Shown here: positions 8,188-14,830 of the stretch, piece by piece | Layout of the letters: the number at the start of each line of letters is the position of its first letter | How positions within the stretch are numbered: position 1 is the first letter of the stretch | Translations under genes and position numbers: made by a program | Notes under the pieces: model-generated | The model's input: the letters and a program-made list of their open reading frames with translations, nothing else | What the model was told of the DNA's origin: nothing | Database searches by the model: none | IMG/VR virus record: IMGVR_UViG_3300043413_000021 | Location: 1-56,001 of that record | Direction: 5' to 3' (one strand) | Source of the DNA: a virus | Lineage: Duplodnaviria > Caudoviricetes | DNA length: 56,001 bases

Positions 8188-8213
8188 CATCGCCACTAAC
8201 CGCACAAAAATAG

Positions 8214-8608
8214 ACACACACGATACAGATAGTTTTTCACAACTTAAAATAGTAACAATGGGAGTATTTTTTAAAGGGGGGCACATTAGCGGAAATTTCT
8301 GCAATATTACAAAAAGAAAACCTAAGGATTGGATTTATAATGGGTACAAAATAATTGTGCCTTACAAATTCAAGTGGAGGCATAAAATCGGTAAAGTTGA
8401 ATGCAATTGTAAAGTTTGCGAAGAACACTATCAGCCATGGTACGGCACAAGCTGGTTTCATTCTAAGGATTGCGCCCTGATGGAATACATTAATGCCCGC
8501 CCACAGATCTGTAACCTTGCGCAATATTACGAGAAAGATTTATCGCTAATCGCTCAAACTGACGAGTGTTAAGATTAACCACACACACGATACAGATAGT
8601 TTTTCACA
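8214..8608 (+). repeat. 28-bp perfect direct repeat (8214-8241 and 8581-8608) flanking ORF 8258-8572
   Basis: acacacacgatacagatagtttttcaca occurs twice. Confidence 0.9.
8258..8572 (+). CDS. Hypothetical Cys/His-rich protein (CNCKVC...H...C)
   Basis: ORF track; possible Zn-binding motif. Confidence 0.55.
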   Translation: MGVFFKGGHISGNFCNITKRKPKDWIYNGYKIIVPYKFKWRHKIGKVECNCKVCEEHYQPWYGTSWFHSKDCALMEYINARPQICNLAQYYEKDLSLIAQTDEC

Positions 8609-8798
8609 TTAATTCCATTTCAAGTTCATCTTGTGTAAGTGGGGTGCAATCTAACTTTATTATCATTTCATTTATGTTTAATAGTAAAGTACAATCGGGC
8701 ATTTTTTGTTGTTGTTTCGGTGGCAAATCTAGTTCATTACATAAACGTAAATATAATTGTTCATAGCTTTTTCTTCGGTTGTGTTTATTAGTTGTCAT
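8604..8798 (-). CDS. Hypothetical protein
   Basis: ATG with an A-rich leader; divergent from 8868. Confidence 0.4.
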   Translation of the reverse strand: MTTNKHNRRKSYEQLYLRLCNELDLPPKQQQKMPDCTLLLNINEMIIKLDCTPLTQDELEMELM

Positions 8799-8867
8799 AT
8801 TTTGTAATTAATGTTGCTAAAATAATTATTTTTAATCGGATTAAATTTATAATTAAAAGTTAAAAAA

Positions 8868-9059
8868 ATGATACAAAAAGTAGTTAAAAAAATTTGTGTA
8901 AACTTTGCGGAGTACATTGTAGTGAATGGATGGTCAGTAACGGATGGGTTTAAATGGATAAGACTATCCCATATACAAGATGCTCCAATAACTACTGAAG
9001 AACTTTTTGAACTTTTTAACAAAGAAGAAAGAAAAAGAATAAAAAAAGAAGTACCTTAG
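8868..9059 (+). CDS. Hypothetical protein
   Basis: ATG after an A-rich leader. Confidence 0.5.
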   Translation: MIQKVVKKICVNFAEYIVVNGWSVTDGFKWIRLSHIQDAPITTEELFELFNKEERKRIKKEVP

Positions 9060-9215
9060 CACTATATTAGTTTTCTGAATGAAGGGAGTCTTTCAGAGAA
9101 TTTAATGGTTGTATCAACCAGCCCCTCTTTGTCAACTCCCGATAAATTGGGGCATTTTTTTATAATAAAACAAAATTTAATTTAATAAAAAAATATTTGT
9201 TTTAAATAATTTAAT

Positions 9216-9223
9216 TAAGTTTG
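9216..9223 (+). promoter_or_regulatory. Bacteroidota promoter TAAGTTTG (with upstream TTTG at 9196)
   Basis: Consensus match about 20 bp upstream of the HTH gene. Confidence 0.55.
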
Positions 9224-9243
9224 TAATCCATAAAAATAAAAAT

Positions 9244-9444
9244 ATGAGTAAGATAAAAAAAGTAGATAATCTAAGACAGATTATTGATGAAGCTTTAGAT
9301 GGTAGAACTTATAAATGGTTGTGTGAAAAAACTGGCATCCATTCCACCCAAATGTCGTATATAGTTAATGGATTAAAGCCTAGTAAGAATAATCTATCTA
9401 AAATAGTTAAAGTATTAAAATTAGACCCTTCCTTGTTGGAATAG
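9244..9444 (+). CDS. Cro/XRE-family HTH regulator
   Basis: 66 aa; RTYKWLCEKTGIHSTQMSYIVNGLKPS is a typical HTH_3 pattern. Confidence 0.75.
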   Translation: MSKIKKVDNLRQIIDEALDGRTYKWLCEKTGIHSTQMSYIVNGLKPSKNNLSKIVKVLKLDPSLLE

Positions 9445-9458
9445 AGGTCTTTTTTTTT
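9423..9458 (+). terminator. Terminator-like hairpin after the HTH gene
   Basis: agacc...ggtct followed by a T-tract. Confidence 0.4.
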
Positions 9459-9824
9459 CTAAATAGGGTTCGTTATCAATTCCTACCCCGCTTTAGTTTT
9501 CAGATTTAAAAAGCAAATAGTTGAATTTTGTTACATATCCATATATATAAATCAAAAAGTGTTGGCAATGTTGTCCCCTTATAACCAACGACCTAAAAGA
9601 TTTAATAAAAAACCAGATTTTAATACTCGTTAGGATAGGCGAAGGAAAGGATAAGGTAGCAATGAAAAAGGGCATCTGAATTAACAAACACCCTTTTTAC
9701 CCCTAAAAGATAAGTAGATTACTACTTTGATAAAAAACATTATATCAAAGATAAGGAATAAACATAATCTTTTAGGGATAGAAAGGGGGTATTGTGTATA
9801 AAATAACAAAAAATAACAAAAAAA

Positions 9825-10160
9825 ATGGCAAAAAAATTAAAAAAAACTCCCGAATTGCCTTTTAAAAGTGAAAATTTTGAAATAATATGGAAAGAATATA
9901 TTACTCATAGGAGAGAGAAAGGAGCATCAAACTATACTCCAACTGGCTTAAATAGGGTGTTTAACGCTCTAATTAGGGATAGTTTAAATTCAGAAGAAGT
10001 TGCTATAAAAATAATAGAGCAGTCATTGGAAAAAAATTGGACAGGACTTTTCCCACTTAAAAATAATATAAAACATGGACAAACAACCACAACTTATTGG
10101 CAGCGTATTGGAATCGGAGGGATTAATATTGAAGGGAGTGCAAAAGAATCTCCGTTATAG
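9825..10160 (+). CDS. Replication-initiator-like protein (C-terminal-type domain only)
   Basis: FEIIWKEYITHRREKG..YTPTG...IIEQSLEKNWTGLFPLK resembles the C-terminus of phage replisome organisers; lies directly upstream of the DnaC-like ATPase. Confidence 0.5.
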   Translation: MAKKLKKTPELPFKSENFEIIWKEYITHRREKGASNYTPTGLNRVFNALIRDSLNSEEVAIKIIEQSLEKNWTGLFPLKNNIKHGQTTTTYWQRIGIGGINIEGSAKESPL

Positions 10161-10944
10161 TGAATGGGATTGGGTTGAGCTTACGGAAGATGAAAAAATA
10201 GATGCACTAGGGTATAGGCGTATGCTTAAGGGTACAGACCTTAAAAAAAGGCAAAAGGAAGAATACAATAGGCTTAAAATAGCGAAGCTTCAATCTCAAT
10301 GGACTTATGATGAATTAAGGGCTGAAATACTAAGTAGGGCTTTATCTGAACCATTTGAATTTGTAATAGATGAACATAATGAAAGGATAATACACCTTCT
10401 TTGTCTTTACTTTTCGGGGGATGAAAGGTTTAATAGTGAAAAAATAACATACCATAATGGGGAAGAAAGAAGCCTAAATTTAAGTAAGGGTATTGGTCTA
10501 ATATCTTCAAAAAAGGGTACTGGGAAGTCAATTTTAATGAAGTTATTTCAGCAAAACAAAAGAAGCCCATATCTAAAAATAGACACTAAGGATATTGCAT
10601 CCGAGTATAAAAAGAAAGGGGATGCTTGTATTGAAACATACTCAAACTTACTTTATATCCCACCTAATCCAACATTTTTTTGTTTCCAAAAAATAGGCAT
10701 TTGCTTTGACGAATTGGGGTATGAACTACCTAAAAATAACTGGGGAGATAAGTCCGATGTAATGGCAGATGTTCTATTTAATGTGTATAAGCAAAATCAA
10801 TATAGCGGGGATTATAGCAACTTTCATTTTACAAGTAACCTTTCAGGTCAAGACTTTGAAGGAAGATACGGGGATAGAATAAAAGATAGAATGAGAGAAA
10901 TGTTTAATGTTATTATTGTTTCAGGCGATAGTAGAAGAAAGTAA
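10075..10944 (+). CDS. DnaC/IstB-like P-loop ATPase (helicase-loader-like)
   Basis: Walker A KGTGKS, Walker B ICFDELG, FTSNL and YGDRIKDRMREMFN. Confidence 0.75.
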   Translation: MDKQPQLIGSVLESEGLILKGVQKNLRYSEWDWVELTEDEKIDALGYRRMLKGTDLKKRQKEEYNRLKIAKLQSQWTYDELRAEILSRALSEPFEFVIDEHNERIIHLLCLYFSGDERFNSEKITYHNGEERSLNLSKGIGLISSKKGTGKSILMKLFQQNKRSPYLKIDTKDIASEYKKKGDACIETYSNLLYIPPNPTFFCFQKIGICFDELGYELPKNNWGDKSDVMADVLFNVYKQNQYSGDYSNFHFTSNLSGQDFEGRYGDRIKDRMREMFNVIIVSGDSRRK

Positions 10945-10955
10945 AATAAAATAAA

Positions 10956-11141
10956 ATGAAAAACGAATATAAAGTAGGAACTAAAAAATGTACTAGGTGC
11001 AAGAAAAATGTAGATGTTAATAGGTTCTACAAAAAAATAAGTTCATCTGATGGGCTAAGTTACCATTGTTTTGATTGTGAAAAAATAATGAAAAAAGAAA
11101 GAAGAATAAAAATGATGGAGGGTATAATAATAGCTTTTTAA
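10956..11141 (+). CDS. Small zinc-ribbon protein
   Basis: CTRC...F...DGL..HCFDC. Confidence 0.55.
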   Translation: MKNEYKVGTKKCTRCKKNVDVNRFYKKISSSDGLSYHCFDCEKIMKKERRIKMMEGIIIAF

Positions 11142-11191
11142 GGTAATTTTAATTTAGTATTTCAGAAAATATATTAAACTTTGCAATACTT

Positions 11192-11452
11192 ATGTTTGGT
11201 TTCAAAAAAGCAAAAAATATGAATTTAAGGGAACAGTTAGAAAAATTCATTTCATTATTTGGGTATAAAAGATGTTTCATGTGGGATGATATGATTACTT
11301 ATAAAATAGTTCATAGTTTATCAAAAGAAGTAATAAGGCAAGCAGAAGAAATAATACAAGATTACAATTTATATTTACTTGAAGTTCAAGTATTGGAAGG
11401 TAGTTCCGTTTTTTCTGAAATGCTAATTATTAGACAAAAAATATCTTACTAA
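11192..11452 (+). CDS. Hypothetical protein
   Basis: ORF track; lies in an operon. Confidence 0.5.
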   Translation: MFGFKKAKNMNLREQLEKFISLFGYKRCFMWDDMITYKIVHSLSKEVIRQAEEIIQDYNLYLLEVQVLEGSSVFSEMLIIRQKISY

Positions 11453-11454
11453 AA

Positions 11455-11964
11455 ATGTACAATAGCACTATAATATCCAAAAAAAAGAAACTTTTATGTG
11501 GTTGTTTTGATTACAATTTCAGTAAGGGAAGGTGTAAGATGCACGCTACAATAGAAAGCGCAAATAAAAGAATCGAAAAGCAAAAACAAATATCAACGGT
11601 TACCGTAAAAACGAAAGTTCAAGATACTGAACCAAAAGAAATGCAGCAATTTTGGGAGTATGCCAAAAAAGTTATAGAACAAAAACCTTATTGTTGGGAG
11701 TGTGGAGATTTTATTTCTCCAAAAGATTATAGGGCTTCCACTGCCCACATATTTCCCAAATCAATATTTCCTTCAATAGCATCCAATAAATATAATTTCC
11801 TAGTACTTGGTAATAGATGCGGATGCCATAACCAAAGCCATAGATTAGATACATTTAGTAAAATGAGAATATTTCCCACCGCAATAAATAGATTTATGAA
11901 ATTCGCAGAAGAAATAAAAGAAAACCACAAATACAAAAATACTTTTATTGAATTATTAAAATGA
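11455..11964 (+). CDS. NinG/HNH-like endonuclease
   Basis: CWECG...AHIFPKS...N...CGCHN beta-beta-alpha-Me pattern. Confidence 0.6.
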   Translation: MYNSTIISKKKKLLCGCFDYNFSKGRCKMHATIESANKRIEKQKQISTVTVKTKVQDTEPKEMQQFWEYAKKVIEQKPYCWECGDFISPKDYRASTAHIFPKSIFPSIASNKYNFLVLGNRCGCHNQSHRLDTFSKMRIFPTAINRFMKFAEEIKENHKYKNTFIELLK

Positions 11965-12050
11965 AAAAAATCAAATAACGTAAAGATCGGAATGGCACAA
12001 AACCCCATGTTACCTTCTGCCTTATTTGGTCGGACACAAACAAAAATAAT

Positions 12051-12803
12051 ATGGCTAAAAAGTCAAACATACAATGGACGGATGCAACTTGGAATATCGC
12101 CAGAGGTTGCACAAAAGTAGATGAAGATTGCAAATTCTGTTATATGTATAGGGATAGTTTTGATAATACAAGGTATAACCCTTTGCAAGTAACAAAGACA
12201 AAAACAGTTTTCAATTTGCCTTTGAAAATTAAAGAACCTTCAAAGATTTTCACTTCATCATTAACCGATGTATTTCACCCCGATTGCGATGCTTTCAGAA
12301 ATGAAATGTGGGATATTATTCGTAAATGCCCACAGCATACTTTTCAGCTACTTACAAAAAGACCTGAAAGAATTATAGATAATACTCCATCTGATTTATT
12401 ACAAGCTGATAACATTTGGTTTGGAACAAGTGTAGGAAGTGAAAAAGGCAAACAAAGAATTTACGATTTATTGAAAGTTGATTGCAAAACTCGTTTTATT
12501 TCCTTTGAACCTTTACACGAAAGAGTAGATATGAATTTGGATTTACTCGACTTGCTTAAAATTCATTGGGCAATTATTGGTGGTGAAAGTGGCAATGAAA
12601 CTGGTAAATATCGTTACAGACCTTGTAAGGTTGAATGGATGGAGGAACTTGTAAAAGACCTTACTGCAACCACAGCAATATTTGTCAAACAGATGGGAAC
12701 TCATTTAGCAAAGGAGTTAAATATGTCTGATAGGCACGGTGGCAACATTGATGAATTTCCGTCCACCTTGAAAATCAGGGAGTTTCCCAAAGGTAGCAGG
12801 TAA
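12051..12803 (+). CDS. DUF5131 (phage Gp37/Gp68) radical-SAM-like protein; cassette B1 cargo
   Basis: IQWTDATWN, GCTKVDEDCKFCY, SLTDVFH, FQLLTKRPER, SFEPL, IIGGESG and FVKQMG. Confidence 0.9.
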   Translation: MAKKSNIQWTDATWNIARGCTKVDEDCKFCYMYRDSFDNTRYNPLQVTKTKTVFNLPLKIKEPSKIFTSSLTDVFHPDCDAFRNEMWDIIRKCPQHTFQLLTKRPERIIDNTPSDLLQADNIWFGTSVGSEKGKQRIYDLLKVDCKTRFISFEPLHERVDMNLDLLDLLKIHWAIIGGESGNETGKYRYRPCKVEWMEELVKDLTATTAIFVKQMGTHLAKELNMSDRHGGNIDEFPSTLKIREFPKGSR

Positions 12804-12896
12804 CGGTTTGCGGCTTGGTGTCTGTTATTTTGCCTTGCAGACATTTCAAGCCTTAGATAAAATTTATAGGCAAAATAATAGCACCAAACCGCTGTT
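12802..12896. repeat. attC-like hairpin B2 (close relative of A4)
   Basis: Inner arms cttggtgtctgttattttgcct / aggcaaaataatagcaccaaa. Confidence 0.85.
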
Positions 12897-12924
12897 AGTG
12901 GCTGGTGCGGTAAATTAAACGAAA

Positions 12925-13194
12925 ATGACAAACGAAGAACAAATTAAAGAGCCTAAAGATGATTGGAAATTAAAATCACTTACGATTGAATTTAAAAAGG
13001 GATTTTCATTTGAAAACTCACAAGACAGATACGAGGGAAGTATTAAGTTTGAAAATGGAGAGAGTGAAAGTTTCCAATTCAAAGTAAGACCCGATATGGC
13101 TGATGACTATATTAAACTGATAAGCGAAGATATTGTTAAGTGTGCCGAATCTTTAGGCTCTCGATTGATAGAGTCTTTAGGATTACGGAAGTAG
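12925..13194 (+). CDS. Hypothetical protein; cassette B2 cargo
   Basis: The ORF fills the cassette from leader to 3' arm. Confidence 0.65.
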   Translation: MTNEEQIKEPKDDWKLKSLTIEFKKGFSFENSQDRYEGSIKFENGESESFQFKVRPDMADDYIKLISEDIVKCAESLGSRLIESLGLRK

Positions 13195-13205
13195 CACTTG
13201 CCACT

Positions 13206-13324
13206 AACGGTAGCGGTTTATGCAGGTGGGAATTGATGCACTTCCATTCGCAAACAACCGATGCCGAATAGAATTAATTAGTTGAGCATTTAGCGTCCAG
13301 CCCACTTGAATAAACCGCCTTGTT
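13206..13324. repeat. attC-like hairpin B3
   Basis: Inner arms gcggtttatgcaggtggg / cccacttgaataaaccgc. Confidence 0.8.
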
Positions 13325-13351
13325 GGCTGCTGTACGGTAAAAAATGCCAAG

Positions 13352-13389
13352 TTCTACTTTTTGTCAGTAGTTAATCAAGTTAAACAACC
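13352..13389 (+). repeat. 38-bp leader element, copy 1 (35/38 identical to 15254-15291)
   Basis: ttctactttttgtcagtagttaatcaagttaaacaacc. Confidence 0.8.
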
Positions 13390-13418
13390 GTCATTTTTAA
13401 ACTGTCAAACAATAATTT

Positions 13419-13655
13419 ATGAATATACAACCGAAAGAAAAAGCGCAAGATTTATGGCTAACTTATTACGAGTTATTGCCAGATGGAATATACTCAAATG
13501 AAGCTGCTAAAATTGAGGCTAAAAAGTTTGCTACAATAGCTGTCAATGAAGTTTTGGAAGCTACTAAAGAAGCTGTGTTACCTATGGGCGGTGCTACTGG
13601 TTATGATTATGATAGCTACTGGTTAGATGTCAAGTCTGAAATTGAAAAGCTGTAG
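13419..13655 (+). CDS. Hypothetical protein; cassette B3 cargo
   Basis: PKEKAQDL...A.IAVNEVL...YWLDVKSEIEKL; the ORF ends at the 3' arm. Confidence 0.65.
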   Translation: MNIQPKEKAQDLWLTYYELLPDGIYSNEAAKIEAKKFATIAVNEVLEATKEAVLPMGGATGYDYDSYWLDVKSEIEKL

Positions 13656-13665
13656 TATAGCAGCC

Positions 13666-13743
13666 AACGGATTGGGTATTTACGCAGGTGGCTTTTGTGG
13701 GTTGGCTTGTGTGTCGGCAAGCCACTTGAGTAAATACCTTGTT
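13666..13743. repeat. attC-like hairpin B4
   Basis: Inner arms ggtatttacgcaggtggctt / aagccacttgagtaaatacc. Confidence 0.8.
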
Positions 13744-13788
13744 AGCCGTTCGTTCTTTTTCGATTACAATTTAAAAAAAATTAGTAAA

Positions 13789-14208
13789 ATGTCAAAAAAT
13801 ATAGATTTATTAAAGCAAAAATTAAATGCAAAAACTTCGGAAGAGTTGTTTGGTATTACAGAGCAACCTCCACAACAATGTCCAAACATTGATAATGTCA
13901 TTCGTGATTTAGAAGGCACTTGTAAGCAAATTCAAAGTATAGCAAATGATATAAAACGAACTGATAATATAGACGATATTCCAAGTTTAGCTGGCGATAT
14001 TGATTGGTATTCAAGTGATATTGATAAGTCAAAAGAGTTAAATGAGTTGAGAAAGCAAATTGAGTTAGTTCGTGGTTGGGGAGAAGAATGGAAAAATTTA
14101 GCAAAATCTTTATTCAATAATATGAGTAAAGAGCAAGATATAGTACACCATTTTTCAAGTGAGTTTCAAATTAAATATGACGAGTTATGCGGTGTCGTTT
14201 TAGAATGA
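13789..14208 (+). CDS. Hypothetical helical protein; cassette B4 cargo (likely start MSKNI at 13789)
   Basis: The track ORF starting at 13627 runs through the hairpin. The ATG at 13789 has an A-rich leader. Confidence 0.6.
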   Translation: MSKNIDLLKQKLNAKTSEELFGITEQPPQQCPNIDNVIRDLEGTCKQIQSIANDIKRTDNIDDIPSLAGDIDWYSSDIDKSKELNELRKQIELVRGWGEEWKNLAKSLFNNMSKEQDIVHHFSSEFQIKYDELCGVVLE

Positions 14209-14213
14209 CGGCT

Positions 14214-14339
14214 AACGTCCAGCGGCTTTGCGAAGGCAAGGGATTAGAAGCACTAAACTTTAAAATTAGTACAAATGATTGATAGAAATACAAATGTTCA
14301 AATAATCGGTGAAGCCCTTGCTTTTGCAAAACCGATGTT
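14214..14339. repeat. attC-like hairpin B5
   Basis: Inner arms ctttgcgaaggcaaggg / cccttgcttttgcaaaa. Confidence 0.8.
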
Positions 14340-14556
14340 AGCAGCCGTTTATGTTGCTACTTGGCAAGAAGAAGGTGATGAACCATATCAGATACGGTCA
14401 GACGAATGTAAACCAAAAGATAAAGCAGGTGATTCTGATTGGTGGTTTGATGAAGAAAGTCTAATGTTTAGAAGATATTGGTCGTACCACCATGAAGAAT
14501 ATGGAAATCAATATGTTCATGATGAAGTTGATGCAGTCTTATTAAATGGCTGCTAA
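14275..14556 (+). CDS. Hypothetical acidic protein; cassette B5 cargo (starts inside the hairpin loop)
   Basis: The stop TAA is the TAAC of the 3' arm. Confidence 0.6.
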   Translation: MIDRNTNVQIIGEALAFAKPMLAAVYVATWQEEGDEPYQIRSDECKPKDKAGDSDWWFDEESLMFRRYWSYHHEEYGNQYVHDEVDAVLLNGC

Positions 14557-14574
14557 CACTTAGATTGACGAAAT

Positions 14575-14830
14575 ATGGATATGCAATACATTGAAAAAGA
14601 GAAAGATAACTATCTACTAAAATTGAATGGGGAAGATTATTTTTTCTCAAAATTATCACTATACAAATCAACACGTTTTCTACCTATAAAACCAATTTTG
14701 AACAATGGATCTTTGTCTTGGAATATTGGTAGTGAACTACCCACCCACAGCAAAGCTGATGAGTGGGCTTTCGCTCCCTCTATGTAAAAAAATATCTTAC
14801 AAACAAATTAAAAATTTAATACTAAAATGA
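14575..14830 (+). pseudogene. Small gene interrupted by a 52-bp insertion
   Basis: Removing 14732-14783 restores ...WNIGSKKISYKQIKNLILK* with its TGA overlapping the ssb ATG (ATGA). Confidence 0.55.
14732..14783 (+). mobile_element. Miniature IS200/IS605-type end-hairpin remnant
   Basis: gtgaactacccacccacagcaaagctgatgagtgggctttcgctccctctat; GC-rich palindrome beginning GTGAACTACCC. Confidence 0.55.

Larger units (their letters stand above)
5824..8200. mobile_element. Cassette array A: four integron-like gene cassettes with attC-like hairpins, no integrase in the window
   Basis: Four AAC...GTT hairpins. The 5' GTT arm of each ORF complements its own 3' AAC arm. The array ends at a bare AAC (8198-8200). 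Confidence 0.8.
11977..14557. mobile_element. Cassette array B: five integron-like gene cassettes (first hairpin truncated)
   Basis: GTT at 12009, 12894, 13322, 13741 and 14337, each complementary to the AAC arm after the same ORF (12802, 13206, 13666, 14214, 14555). The array ends at a bare AAC. Confidence 0.8.

Noticed and set aside
9060-9160. Possible tRNA or structured RNA
   Set aside because: There is no cloverleaf or T-loop consensus, only weak hairpins and a terminator-like end. No tRNA or rRNA gene was recognised anywhere in the window.
13627-13788. N-terminal extension of ORF 13627..14208
   Set aside because: It runs through the previous gene's end and hairpin B4. The ATG at 13789 has a proper A-rich leader.
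5832-14339. Cassette hairpins read as simple terminators, REP elements or CRISPR repeats
   Set aside because: They have no U-tracts, they contain start codons, and arms pair across each ORF, which those elements do not explain.
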